A stretch of DNA of 63,531 nt, filler included, from Octopus bimaculoides (taxonomy: Eukaryota), in the NCBI RefSeq assembly GCF_001194135.2. It is 8 parts of 7 records of this genome, joined end to end, with 100 filler letters (N's around TTAATTAATTAA, not from the genome) between each part and the next. Parts side by side here need not be neighbours in the genome. Positions count along the whole stretch, not along the records: positions 1 to 19,988 come from NC_068997.1; positions 20,089 to 32,057 come from NC_068992.1; 6 more parts are not named here. One strand, given 5' to 3'. Numbering within the stretch: the first letter of the stretch is position 1; every line of letters begins with the position of its first letter. The position numbers and the translations under genes were made by a program. The notes under the pieces are model-generated. The model was not told the origin of the DNA, made no database searches, and was given only the letters and a program-made list of their open reading frames with translations. Below are positions 13,010 through 24,142 of the stretch, in pieces.

Positions 13010-13310
13010 GGGCAAGCGCCCGCTTATGGAGTCCCTCCCACGATACGCCACCAGTCGCAAGTAAACACGATGATTTCATAAGGAATATTTCTTTTATATT
13101 TTGGCACAGGGCCAGCAATTTCGGTGGGAAAGGTCAAATCAATTACATCGACCTTAGTACTCAACTGGTACTCGTTTCATCGACCCCCAAAAGGACGAAA
13201 GGCAAAGTCGACCTCGGCGGAATTTGAACTCAGAACGTGGAGACGGACAAAATTCTTAGCGGTATTTTGCGAGGTGTACTAACGATTCTGTCAGATCACT
13301 GCCTAGCTTA
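13010..13310 (-). mobile_element. SINE family B copy
   Basis: Reverse complement of the family B consensus (GGCAAAGTCGACCTCGGCGGAATTTGAACTCAGAACGT). Confidence 0.75.
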
Positions 13311-13539
13311 AGGAATATTAAAATCGATGTTACTACTTTATTAGTTCTTTATTTCATCGATCAAGTGAAGTTGATAGGCAAAGCTGACCTGAACGGTATT
13401 CGAACGCGCAATGTAAAATGACTATAACTCGTGGTAGTTTGTCTGAGGCTTTACTATCAATTCTTTCAAGCGACACCGGCAATAAAAAAAAAAAATTAAA
13501 GAAAAAACCTATTTCGTATAATTACTATAAGTTAATATA

Positions 13540-13756
13540 CGAGAGGGTGCTGAAAAGTTCCTGGCTTTCAAGGTGTCGCAAAAGACCTGGCTGGAGTCCC
13601 CAACTTTCCAAATTCTTTTACATGTCTGAGAAAAACTGAAGGACCACTGCAATAAGTGTGTGAATCTGAAAGGAGAATATGTTGAATAAAATCATAATTA
13701 ACTGATCCTCCTGTATTTTCTTTTACCCAGAGCCAGGGAATTTTCAGCACCCTCTC
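13540..13756 (+). mobile_element. Non-autonomous mariner element (internally deleted)
   Basis: TA followed by CGAGAGGGTGCTGAAAAGTTCCTGGCT, with inverted AGCCAGGGAATTTTCAGCACCCTCTC at the right end. The interior encodes the mariner C-terminus EKLKDHCNKCVNLKGEYVE*. Confidence 0.85.
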
Positions 13757-13769
13757 CACCAAAATTTCA

Positions 13770-14355
13770 ACCCTTGTGCCTATAGTAGAAGGGATTATTA
13801 TTATTATTATTATTATGCCTTTCACCCTTTGGGGATCGATAAAGTAAGTACCAGTCAAGAACTGGAATCGATGTAACCGACTAGTCCCCTCCCCCGAAAC
13901 TTCAGGCCTTGTGTCTATAGTACAAAGGATTATTATTAAAAAGGTGGCGAGCAGGTAGAATCGTTAGCACGCCGGATAAAGTGCTAAGTACAAATTCCAC
14001 CGAGGTCGATTTTGCTTTCCATCCCTTTCAGGGTCGATAAATTAAGTACCTGTGAAACGTCGATATAATCGACTAGTCCCCTCCCCAAAATTTTAGGCCT
14101 TGTGCCTTTAGTAGAAAGGATTATTATTATTATTATTATTATTATTAAGGCGGCGAGCTGGCAGAATCATTAGCACGCAGGACGAAATACTTAGAGGTAT
14201 TTCCTCCGTTTTTTACGTTCTGAGTTCAACTTTGCCTTTCATCCTTTCGGGATGAAGTAAGTACCAGTTGAGTAGTGGGGTCGATGTAATCGACTTACAG
14301 TCTCCCTCGAAATTGCTGGCTTTGTGCCAAAATTTGAAACCATCAATAATAATAA
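13770..14355 (+). mobile_element. Head-to-tail array of three SINE family B units separated by (ATT)n
   Basis: Recurrent GGCGAGC.GG.AGAATC.TTAGCACG heads, GGTCGAT cores and GGCCTTGTGCC..TAGTAGAA.GGATTATTATT tails. Confidence 0.8.
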
Positions 14356-14557
14356 TTTTATGTATCAGCACCATAACTTAGCGTTCGACAAAAGTGACCG
14401 ATACAGTAAGTTCCAAACTTAAAAAAACAAAAGTACTGAGATTGACATGTTCGATTAAAACCTTTCAAAGCACTGCTCCAACATGGCCACAATTTAATAA
14501 CAAACAAATAACATATATAAACACATATACACACTATATATATATATATATATATAT

Positions 14558-14597
<40 letters not shown>

Positions 14598-17124
14598 TTA
14601 TATGCCACAGTGACCCGCGGAAATTCCATGTTTTATAAATGCTCTTATTTCTATTTTGATGCAGAAATTTATCGATCTTCATAAAAATGTTTAGTTGTGT
14701 TAAACGATGTGGAGTGTTTCTTCGATTTTGTGTTCCACAGTTAAGGTTGCTTACAGCGTAACATTCGAACTAGTTTCATTATATTAAAAATTTTCGATTG
14801 TCTTCGATTTCGTTCCACGAAAGAGGTTGTTAAAGAAAAACCAAAAAAAAAACCCCCCCAAAAAAAAAGAACAAGCCAAACATTCGAACACATGTCGCAG
14901 AGAAGCAGAGTATGACAGATTCACACTCAAGAATCTAGTATGTACGTGTGTGTGTGTGTGTGTGTGTGTGTATAAACACGCTGATGTGTGCACAACATAG
15001 CAATGTGTCACACCTCCATTTGAGAGATGTTTACGATTTTTAATGAGAAATAACCCCATGTTTCATGAACTAGGAGAGAGTCTAACTGGTGGTTCGAATT
15101 GCTAAAAGTAACAGCCAAATATTCATGAGACAACATTCTACTGTCTTAAATATAAGAAGCACACAATGAATTAAACATAAGAACACAATGAATTAATATA
15201 AACGGGATGATCAAAGCTGGAATTTTTTTATTTTTTATGTAACCTTAGGTCTTTGATTAGGACTGATCTGGCGCTAAACGTAACTCCACGTACAAAAACA
15301 TTAATAAATTAAGTTGCAAAGTGAGATTAGATATAACATCAACTAATTCGAGACTGAAAAGATTAACAGACTTCAGACGAGATCCGTAACACCCGTATCA
15401 ATCGCTTGCCGGGTGACATACACCCCAATAACTGGCCATCTCGTAGTCTTCCTTTTCTTTTCTGTTAAAGAATTATATTGTCATATTTCACAGTCGAATT
15501 TCTTCTTCTCGAGTGTTTATAGAGAAATACAAGAAAGTAATTTGTGAAAGGTGACGCCCTTGAAAATTTGAGTTGGAGAAATTCTTTATTTACATTTTTG
15601 TAACATCCCTTCCCGTGTTGGAGAAGCCACTTCAAAGACAGCAGAATTTACTTGTGTGGGTGGAAGAAGAGGTTGCTGTTTTTTTTTTTTCTTCTAACCG
15701 TGTGTCTTGGATCCAAATTACAGACCAGTCAGCAGGTTGTGGACGGTGTCCAAAGACAAGTTGTTAGGAAGTTCCTCTGAATTCCGATATTATTGAATGT
15801 ATGAGGTTAAAAAAAAAACAAAAACAAACAAACGATAATGCATAGTGAGTGATGAAGAAAAAGTACAAACTAATGAGGGAGATGACCGCCGAGAGAGAGA
15901 GAGAGAGAGAGGGGGGGGAAAGATGGAGAGAAAGAGAGGGAGACAAATATACCGTGTGAGAGAATGAAATGACCGAGAGATATATAATTATTGAACACCG
16001 AACTCATCGTCATCAAGTACCATTCATTTTGTACAAAACGAGGTTTCCTTCCTTTCATAGAAACATATTTTCCTCGACACATACACACACATATATATCT
16101 ACACATCGCTTGTAGCTACTACACGAAAGAGTCCTCTACATGGCCGCTCGACCCGCAAGAAACAGTAGCCAAAACCTCAAACCACACTCAACCGTCAAAA
16201 AAATAGGACACGTTGGATAATAAAGGCCCGAGTTCTTTGCAAATAGCGAGAAAAAAAAGGTGGAATTGTCACGACTGGAACGCCTTTGATTATACATTTC
16301 TGATCAAGGTTGACCTGAAGCTAAACATCAACAACAACACTAGTCACAAGTACACACACACACACACATCAGAGAGACACATATAAAGGAGGATATTGGT
16401 GGACGACGAGGGAAGAGCTGAATGTATGTCACCCGCAGATGGTTTTAATTTGACATTTCATTCATTATTTACATTTTATTATTCTCAGTGATTTCTTACA
16501 CAACCGTTTCAGGTTTTCTTTACTACGAAAAGCGAAAACAAGAGAGTGAGTTGTTCATGTTTTATTCCCCACCACCACCACCACATCGTCTCCCCCTCCC
16601 CAAAATACAAGCTATGTAAAAAAAAAAAGCGGTTCCAACTTAGGAATGGACAAAAACAACAAGTACTGTACACGATATGAGCGAGAGAAAGTAGAAGAGA
16701 GAGATTGTTGTAACACGATATGGCAGTTAGAAATTAAATGTAGATAATCTTAATTCTAGACAGAAAGACGTGGAATAATTTGGGATTTCGTTACTTCCAT
16801 AAACCAATGTTTTACCGTGTTTAGGGAAGAATGTAGAATTGATCATATTTTGATTGAATTAACATTTTTTTCTTTCTTTAAGTGTCATGTTATATCAGAA
16901 CCAACAGGAAATAATTCCGTATTTTTGTTGTTTTCTTTTCTGTTTTTTTTTTTCAATAACATAATAACATTGTCAGTGGTTATTTCAAAAAAGCAGTATT
17001 GTCTTGACGAGGCCAAAAGCCGAGTTCTTTTGATAGAAATAAAGAATCTCAGGTGAACAGGTTTCGTCAAGAAAACTAGCAGACGTAAAATATAGTGTTT
17101 GTGTGTGTGTGTATATGAATGTAA

Positions 17125-17177
<53 letters not shown>

Positions 17178-17468
17178 TAGAATGGGAGAACTAAAGAGAG
17201 AGAGATAGGATACAGAGATATTAAAAAGAAGAAGAAAAAGAAGAATAAACGTTCTTTTTCACTGTCGTTGTTTGAAAAACAGTAAAAGGCACCGTACTAA
17301 CTTTCAGAGGGGAGGGGGCAATGCAACTACATATATACACATATATATGTATAAATAGCTGCTTATTCCTACACGTACATGTAGGTATGTATGTATGTGT
17401 GTTATATATGTATGTCAATGTGATAGAGAAGAGGAGGAGAGGCAAAGAGGCTGACGAAAAGTACTTAC

Positions 17469-17681
17469 CCCGTCAGTTTCAATTGGTGACCCAGCCGACA
17501 ATCTCGGCAAACCTTTTACATCCGATCGCCATTGTTGTAGTTTATCCAGTTCTTTTTGGTTCATGCTATAAAAATTGTAAACGAGGAGTAATTGGACTCC
17601 TAAAATTAAAATTACGATGTAAAAGAAGAACTTATATTTGAAACACAGTCTTGAATTCGAAGCAATCCGGGAGGCTGCCAT
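17469..17681 (-). CDS. oxt: First coding exon of a type II membrane glycosyltransferase, most likely protein xylosyltransferase
   Basis: MAASRIASNSRLCFKYKFFFYIVILILGVQLLLVYNFYSMNQKELDKLQQWRSDVKGLPRLSAGSPIETDG: basic N-terminus, signal anchor and a QLLLVYNFYS motif resembling XYLT1/2 (QTLVVWNFSS) and Drosophila Oxt (recalled family similarity, not searched). Ends at a canonical phase-0 donor GGG|GTAAGT. Confidence 0.72.
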
Positions 17682-17754
17682 GCTGTGTACACCGCCTGGC
17701 TTTGTTCGCCTCCGAAAACAGAAGAGTGACAAGTTGGCAGCACTAAACAAGTGC

Positions 17755-17836
17755 GAGATAGAGAGAAAGGGAATTAGACTGAGGGTGAGAAATGGAGAAA
17801 GAAAAAGATAATATATATATATATATGTATGTGTAT

Positions 17837-17870
<34 letters not shown>

Positions 17871-18000
17871 CTGTATATACAGAGACGGAGAAAGAAAGAT
17901 ATACGCTTATATACAGAGAGAGAGAGAGTGAGCGACGAGTGGTTTATGTGACGAAGGAGGCGATGGTGGCAGTAGCATAAGGCAGGCAAAACGATTCTGT
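17755..18000 (-). promoter_or_regulatory. Probable 5' UTR or promoter region of the oxt-like gene
   Basis: Directly upstream of the ATG. TC/GA-rich block followed by a CpG-retaining segment. Position-based inference only. Confidence 0.3.
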
Positions 18001-18639
18001 TAAAAACTCACTGCTAATATAATAACAAGCATAACTTATGACGCGGTGGATGTTTTTAATAACTCGCCGAATCGTCTGCGTGTGGAAATTAAAAGGAAGG
18101 GAAAAACCCTTGTTGTAAATAAAAATCTATGGTTTACTTTAATTCTTCTTACTTCCTCTAATCGTTTTCTGTCTTTCTCCCTTTCCACTTTCATTTCATT
18201 CATCGGGTTTTGTTTAAAACTTGCTGGATTCTTGCGATTCTTTAACATGTCCCAACCCTAGTTCAATGCCAGTGTCCTTATGTTCATCAACAGTGATGGG
18301 AACTGGGTGGGGGTATGCAAAGCGACGGCATTCCCCTACTTTTTTCAGCTCACAAAGTTGGGTCGCTTATAGCGTTTTGACCCACCTTTCTAACCTCAGT
18401 TTTTCGGACCATATCATACCTCGAATTCCATCACTGATTACTTCGTATGCGTCTAAAAACGTCTTAAATACGCTTTGAGCCCTCAATATTTAAAGACTTC
18501 GATTCTATCAGTCGAAATATTTAGAACAGATATTTCTTTTCGTGTTAGATATCAGAAAGAGTTCACAGAAAATGAATTAAAAGTTGTAATTTAGAAAATG
18601 TTCCGTTCATCTCTGGGCAATCCTACACAAGTATGTCCA

Positions 18640-19197
18640 CCACCACCACCACCACCACCACCCGGTTTTGTTTCCTCATAACTTGCAGAAAAATAGATAT
18701 TTCTAAATGAAATTTTCTACAAACATTCTTCAGATGGTGCCGATTCCGATTAGATTGGAATTTGGAATGAAAAAAAAAATTCTGTGTTGGATAAGGAGTT
18801 TCGGAAAATTTATGCGGGTTTTTTTTTTTTTTTTGGTTTTTTTGTCAGAAGTTTCAGAGAAATGGGTAATTTCTTTTTATGAAATCTTCTATAAATACCT
18901 TTCAAAGCGTGTAGATTACTATCATAATGGAATTTAAGATGAAAACAAATTTAGTGGGTTCGTATACATACATACTAATACACAACTCATGTCAGCAAAA
19001 TGAAACTTGAAATTTCGTAAACAAAAATTGTGATGTGTCATTTATGATTGCGTGCGAGTCCACCAATTTTTATTTATCTATTTATTTATTTATTCATTGC
19101 TTTATTTCAAATTCTAATATAATCGTAATCTACACATTTTGAAAGGTATATATAGAAAATTTCTTTAAAAAGTACCCTTTTTTTGGTGGTGGTGGTG
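18640..19197. mobile_element. Decayed DNA element with an inverted duplication
   Basis: About 18860-18940 (ATACCTTTCAAAGCGTGTAGATTAC) is the reverse complement of about 19108-19185 (GTAATCTACACATTTTGAAAGGTAT). (CAC)n/(GTG)n tracts on both sides. Confidence 0.45.
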
Positions 19198-19551
19198 NNN
19201 NNNNNNNNNNNNNNNNNNNNNNNNNNNNNNNNNNNNNNNNNNNNNNNNNNNNNNNNNNNNNNNNNNNNNNNNNNNNNNNNNNNNNNNNNNNNNNNNNNNN
19301 NNNNNNNNNNNNNNNNNNNNNNNNNNNNNNNNNNNNNNNNNNNNNNNNNNNNNNNNNNNNNNNNNNNNNNNNNNNNNNNNNNNNNCCCATCTTTAAATAT
19401 ATTTATTGTTAGTAGCATTTATGATATCATGGAGACCCCAACCTCGTGGTGTGAAAAGGAGATAAAAGTATAGTGGTAGCCCCTAATAAACTGAGATAAG
19501 TCAGAGAATCGCAATAATTAAAATAGAGTTTGCAGATAGAGCAGGTAGTTC

Positions 19552-19602
<51 letters not shown>

Positions 19603-20410
19603 AATATGTGTATGTATGTATAAATAAGTGTGTGTCTATATAAATAAATGTGTGTCTATATGTGTGTGTATAAATGTGTGTGTATGTATAAATAAATGTG
19701 TCTATATGTATGTGTGTATAAATATGTCTATGTATAAATAAGTGTATGTGTGCGTGTGTATCAATATGTGTGTATGTATGAATAAGCGTGCGTGTATGCC
19801 TAAATAAGTGTGTGCGTGTGTGTGTGTGTGCGTGTGTGTGTGTGTGTGCGTGTGTGTGTGTGTGTGTGTGTATGCGCGCGCGCATATCCATTTAGTGTTG
19901 ACTGTCGGAAGAACGGAGTCCTCAATAGCATAGTAGAGATTAATAATGTAGTTTATTTTGGTTTTGCTACACTGAGTTTCATATGTGGNNNNNNNNNNNN
20001 NNNNNNNNNNNNNNNNNNNNNNNNNNNNNNNNTTAATTAATTAANNNNNNNNNNNNNNNNNNNNNNNNNNNNNNNNNNNNNNNNNNNNCTTTCTTTTCTA
20101 TTGCTTTCTGTCTCTCTACCTTTCACCACTGTTTTCCCCTTCACCCACTACCACGTGACCCGTGACCATTCTCATCTCTCTCTTCTATTTCCGTTTTTTC
20201 ACTTGACCGCTGACTCGATCAATTACGTTTCTCTCGCCTCCTCTACTTTCAACATGTTTTTTTTTTGTTTTGTTTTTTCACCTTTCGTCCTGGTTTTCCC
20301 ATCTGTTTTTTTCTTTTGTCTCCAGTGTCGTAGCACATTTTCCTTTCCGTTGCGTTACCCATATATTCGTCTCGTCTTAGAACCGCACGACTTTATTTTG
20401 TTTGTATAAT

Positions 20411-20760
20411 GTATATTAGCGAGACCCGTGAATGTTTCACGGAGTTAATAGTAAACCTATTGGGTTATTCCTGAAAACTTTATCCAAAAAAACTGAGAGC
20501 ATAACCTGTGTTGTGTCTGTATGGAAAGATAATCGCTATGTATGGAAGGATTGTTGCTATCTCACCCGCCGTCTCGACCTCCAGCGGTTTAACTGTTACA
20601 GTTGAATTCTCACTAAATAATTGTCTTCGTTTATTCCTCATTACTCAAAACTAGTCAATTTTTTATGCTGCGTAGCCGAGCGTATTTTTATATCAATGGA
20701 AGATTGATATTAGCATCCAAGGAGCGCGCTTTATATATACACTTTATATTTATAGACACA
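20411..20760 (+). mobile_element. Helitron/Helentron-like non-autonomous element (tentative)
   Basis: 5' TATTAGCGAGAC followed by hairpin CCGTGAA-tgt-TTCACGG (20426-20442). Ends in GCTTTATATATA. About 170 bp is shared with 22558-22746. Confidence 0.4.
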
Positions 20761-21107
20761 ACTTATAGACTTAATACACAGCACTCATAAAATAAATATT
20801 CACTCTTAGCTTTTCATTTTTCCTATATACAAAGAAAATATATATCCCGTTCATACGATACAACCTTTAGTTAAATTTGAAATTGCAAATATCTGCCACA
20901 TAAATAAGCTTGAATATTTCACAGAATTGCACTTATGCGCATACGTTAAGTGATAGGTGACATAAAAACTTAGTTCAATTAAGAAAAAATACAATTTTCA
21001 CTATCCAATCACCACCACCACCACCACCTCCATCCCCACCACTACCACGACCACCATCATCATCTTTCTCTTCCCCTCTCTCTCTTCTCTTCCCTCTTTC
21101 TCTCCTG

Positions 21108-21151
<44 letters not shown>

Positions 21152-23746
21152 TTTCTTTAACCTTCACCATTAGAACATCCCTCTTCTAAAACTATTACGT
21201 TTCCCCTACCTCATGTCATGAACGCTTTTCTCTTTTTCCTTTTCTGTCTCCGTTTTTCTCTCTCTCTCTTTCCTTCTCCCTCTTTCTGTCTCACTCTTCG
21301 CCTTATCCTCTTTTTCTCTCTTCTTTCTTTCTCCTCTCTTTCCTTTCAACCAATCATGTGAAAGCGTTACAATTACATTCCCTCTACCTCATATCATGGA
21401 TGCTTCTCTCTTCCGCTTTTTCTTCTCCGTCTTTTTCTCTAATCACATGAAAGCATTACCGACGGGCTAAGTAACGCAATGACAAGCAGAATTATTTTAA
21501 GGTTCATTCTATTTTGTTTGTATATTCACATTTGTGTCGTGTTTGTTTTGTCACTGTCCCCAACATTCGTTCGCTATTCCCAGCAGCTTCTCGATGCTGA
21601 CGCAACAAAAAGTGAACAGTATTATCATTAAAGGAGTGAAATTGTAAGAATCTTTTGGACNNNNNNNNNNNNNNNNNNNNNNNNNNNNNNNNNNNNNNNN
21701 NNNNNNNNNNNNNNNNNNNNNNNNNNNNNNNNNNNNNNNNNNNNNNNNNNNNNNNNNNNNNNNNNNNNNNNNNNNNNNNNNNNNNNNNNNNNNNNNNNNN
21801 NNNNNNNNNNNNNNNNNNNNNNNNNNNNNNNNNNNNNNNNNNNNNNNNNNNNNNNNNNNNNNNNNNNNNNNNNNNNNNNNNNNNNNNNNNNNNNNNNNNN
21901 NNNNNNNNNNNNNNNNNNNNNNNNNNNNNNNNNNNNNNNNNNNNNNNNNNNNNNNNNNNNNNNNNNNNNNNNNNNNNNNNNNNNNNNNNNNNNNNNNNNN
22001 NNNNNNNNNNNNNNNNNNNNNNNNNNNNNNNNNNNNNNNNNNNNNNNNNNNNNNNNNNNNNNNNNNNNNTATATATATATATATATTATATATCCATAAT
22101 AACCCAACTGAAAACCCAACTGAAAATGCAGATGAGAACTACTACCGGCAGCACACTAAAGTCTTCTTCATCGTGTCTGCATTTTATATCTCTCATAAAT
22201 AATATAAATGTTTTACATGGTTGCAAGTGTTTAGAGTTTGTTTATATCCTACTTCGAGTTTTCTAATTTATCATTTTCAGGAAATTAAATATATCACATC
22301 TTAATAGGAAGACATATCTATGTTCCATAGCTTTGGGGGACACCTTCTTCGGATTTGATTTTAAAGTTTTATTCTCTAATTATTTTCATGCAGTTTGTTT
22401 GAAACTACTGAACAACTCGTGCTTTCCAGTTTTTCAGCTGTTGTTTTTCTGTTATTAATGACCACCTTAAGCCAAATTCAACAACACTCAAGAGTAAATT
22501 CTGATTGTATAACTTGCCTCAAAGTTACATCCTCACTGTCCACCACATAAGCAAAGTTTGTTGCTATCTCACTCGCCGTCTCGACCTCCTATAGTTTATC
22601 TGTTCCAGTTGAATTCGATATCAGATCTCACTAAATTACTGTCTTTGTTTATTCCTCATTGTTCAAAACTAGTCAATTTTTTTATGCTGCGTAGCCGAAC
22701 GCATTTTTATATCAATGAACGATTGAAATTAGCATCCAAGGAGCGCCGGTCTAAAATTGGAGAGTCCCAAAAACATCGCTTTGCACAATGAGATATTCAT
22801 TGCACAATGAGATATCGCTTTGCACAATGAGATATTCACAGAAGCAGTTACCTAAACAATGCCTTGTTTTTATGTGTACAATGCGTTGTATTCAAAGTAA
22901 AAGATTAGATGCAGTGGATGGAGTCGATAAGGAAGAATTGATATATGGTCAGTTTTGAGGATGGTGTTAAGGACAATATGATGAACCGCCTGAGGGAAGT
23001 GTGGCAACCGTTGTTGCGAAGAAAGTAAAATTATTTGACTGGTACATGGGCCTGAGGGGTTCAGGACAAATTACAAAATGAAATAACAAATCAGTGGGAT
23101 TGCATTCAGTCCAATGAAGTCAAAATCAAAAGAAACAAAAGGTAATAAAATATAAAGAAGGAAATGACTCCAAAAGAGGAAAACCCACGAATAGTAATTT
23201 GAATCTTTCATGTGTATTCATTCAAACAGCTTTCTTCAGCATGGCCGCCAGGTCGAGAAAAATTAGCTGCACTTTCTTCCAAAATAAAACGTGATGATAG
23301 TCTTTATATCAAGCGCATCGTCAAGCTTGTAGAACGCAGTGAGCAAATAGCAACATTCCAGAGACTAGGCACCCAACCTTAGTCGGGACTTGTTCGCAAG
23401 ACGGCAACTGGGACAAAGAGATGAGCAGCAAAAACATGCTGACCAATCTCGTCAGATGGGAATTGCGGTAGGGAACGACGGGGTCTGGTAGTCATAGAAA
23501 CAAACCATAGAAACGTTTGCCATCTATTCTTGAAATTTCAGCACCTGGTTGAGACAGGACATCCTCCTTGTAATCGCATGTCAATTACTATCCAGCTGAA
23601 GGTTTAATTCGAACACAGCCTTCAAGCTTCTGAATAGAAATGCTTATCTAAGAAAGCATGATATTACAGTTCTATATTTAAGATATGAGGAATTATGTAC
23701 ATTATTTACATTTGACGGATATTCGTACTCATCTTGTTCGTTGTTT

Positions 23747-23790
23747 ACACAACGTTTCGGCTGATATACCCTGCAGCCTTCATCAGGTGT
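23747..23790 (-). ncRNA. Minimal type I hammerhead ribozyme motif (Penelope type)
   Basis: ACAC-CTGATGA-A-GGCTG-cagggtatat-CAGCC-GAAACGT-T-GTGT: intact core, 5-bp stem II, palindromic ACGT helix III, 4-bp stem I. Confidence 0.7.
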
Positions 23791-23856
23791 GTTGGGAAAT
23801 TTCGAACCTGGGTTCTCATTCCTAAGGTATTATTAACCACAATGCCATATGCTCAC

Positions 23857-24048
<192 letters not shown>

Positions 24049-24098
24049 CATCGAAAAATACCTTAGGATTGAGAACCCAGGTTCGAAATTTTCCCGAG

Positions 24099-24142
24099 AC
24101 ACTTGATGAAGGCTGGAGGATATATCAGCCGAAACGTTGTGT
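24099..24142 (+). ncRNA. Minimal hammerhead ribozyme motif, C3U variant
   Basis: ACAC-TTGATGA-A-GGCTG-gaggatatat-CAGCC-GAAACGT-T-GTGT. Confidence 0.6.

Noticed and set aside
13770-14355. CRISPR-like appearance of regularly recurring motifs
   Set aside because: Units are about 200-bp SINE copies with no unique spacers, in a eukaryotic context with no cas genes.
20033-20044. TTAATTAATTAA islands inside N runs (also 32102, 43015, 52029, 54039, 59312, 60821)
   Set aside because: Identical 12-mer always flanked by Ns on both sides and giving stops in all six frames. This is an assembly spacer, not biology.
21584-21643. Plus-strand exon-like segment (pyrimidine tract, CAG ... GTAAGA)
   Set aside because: Short, no homology and no partner exons. 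Such signals occur by chance.
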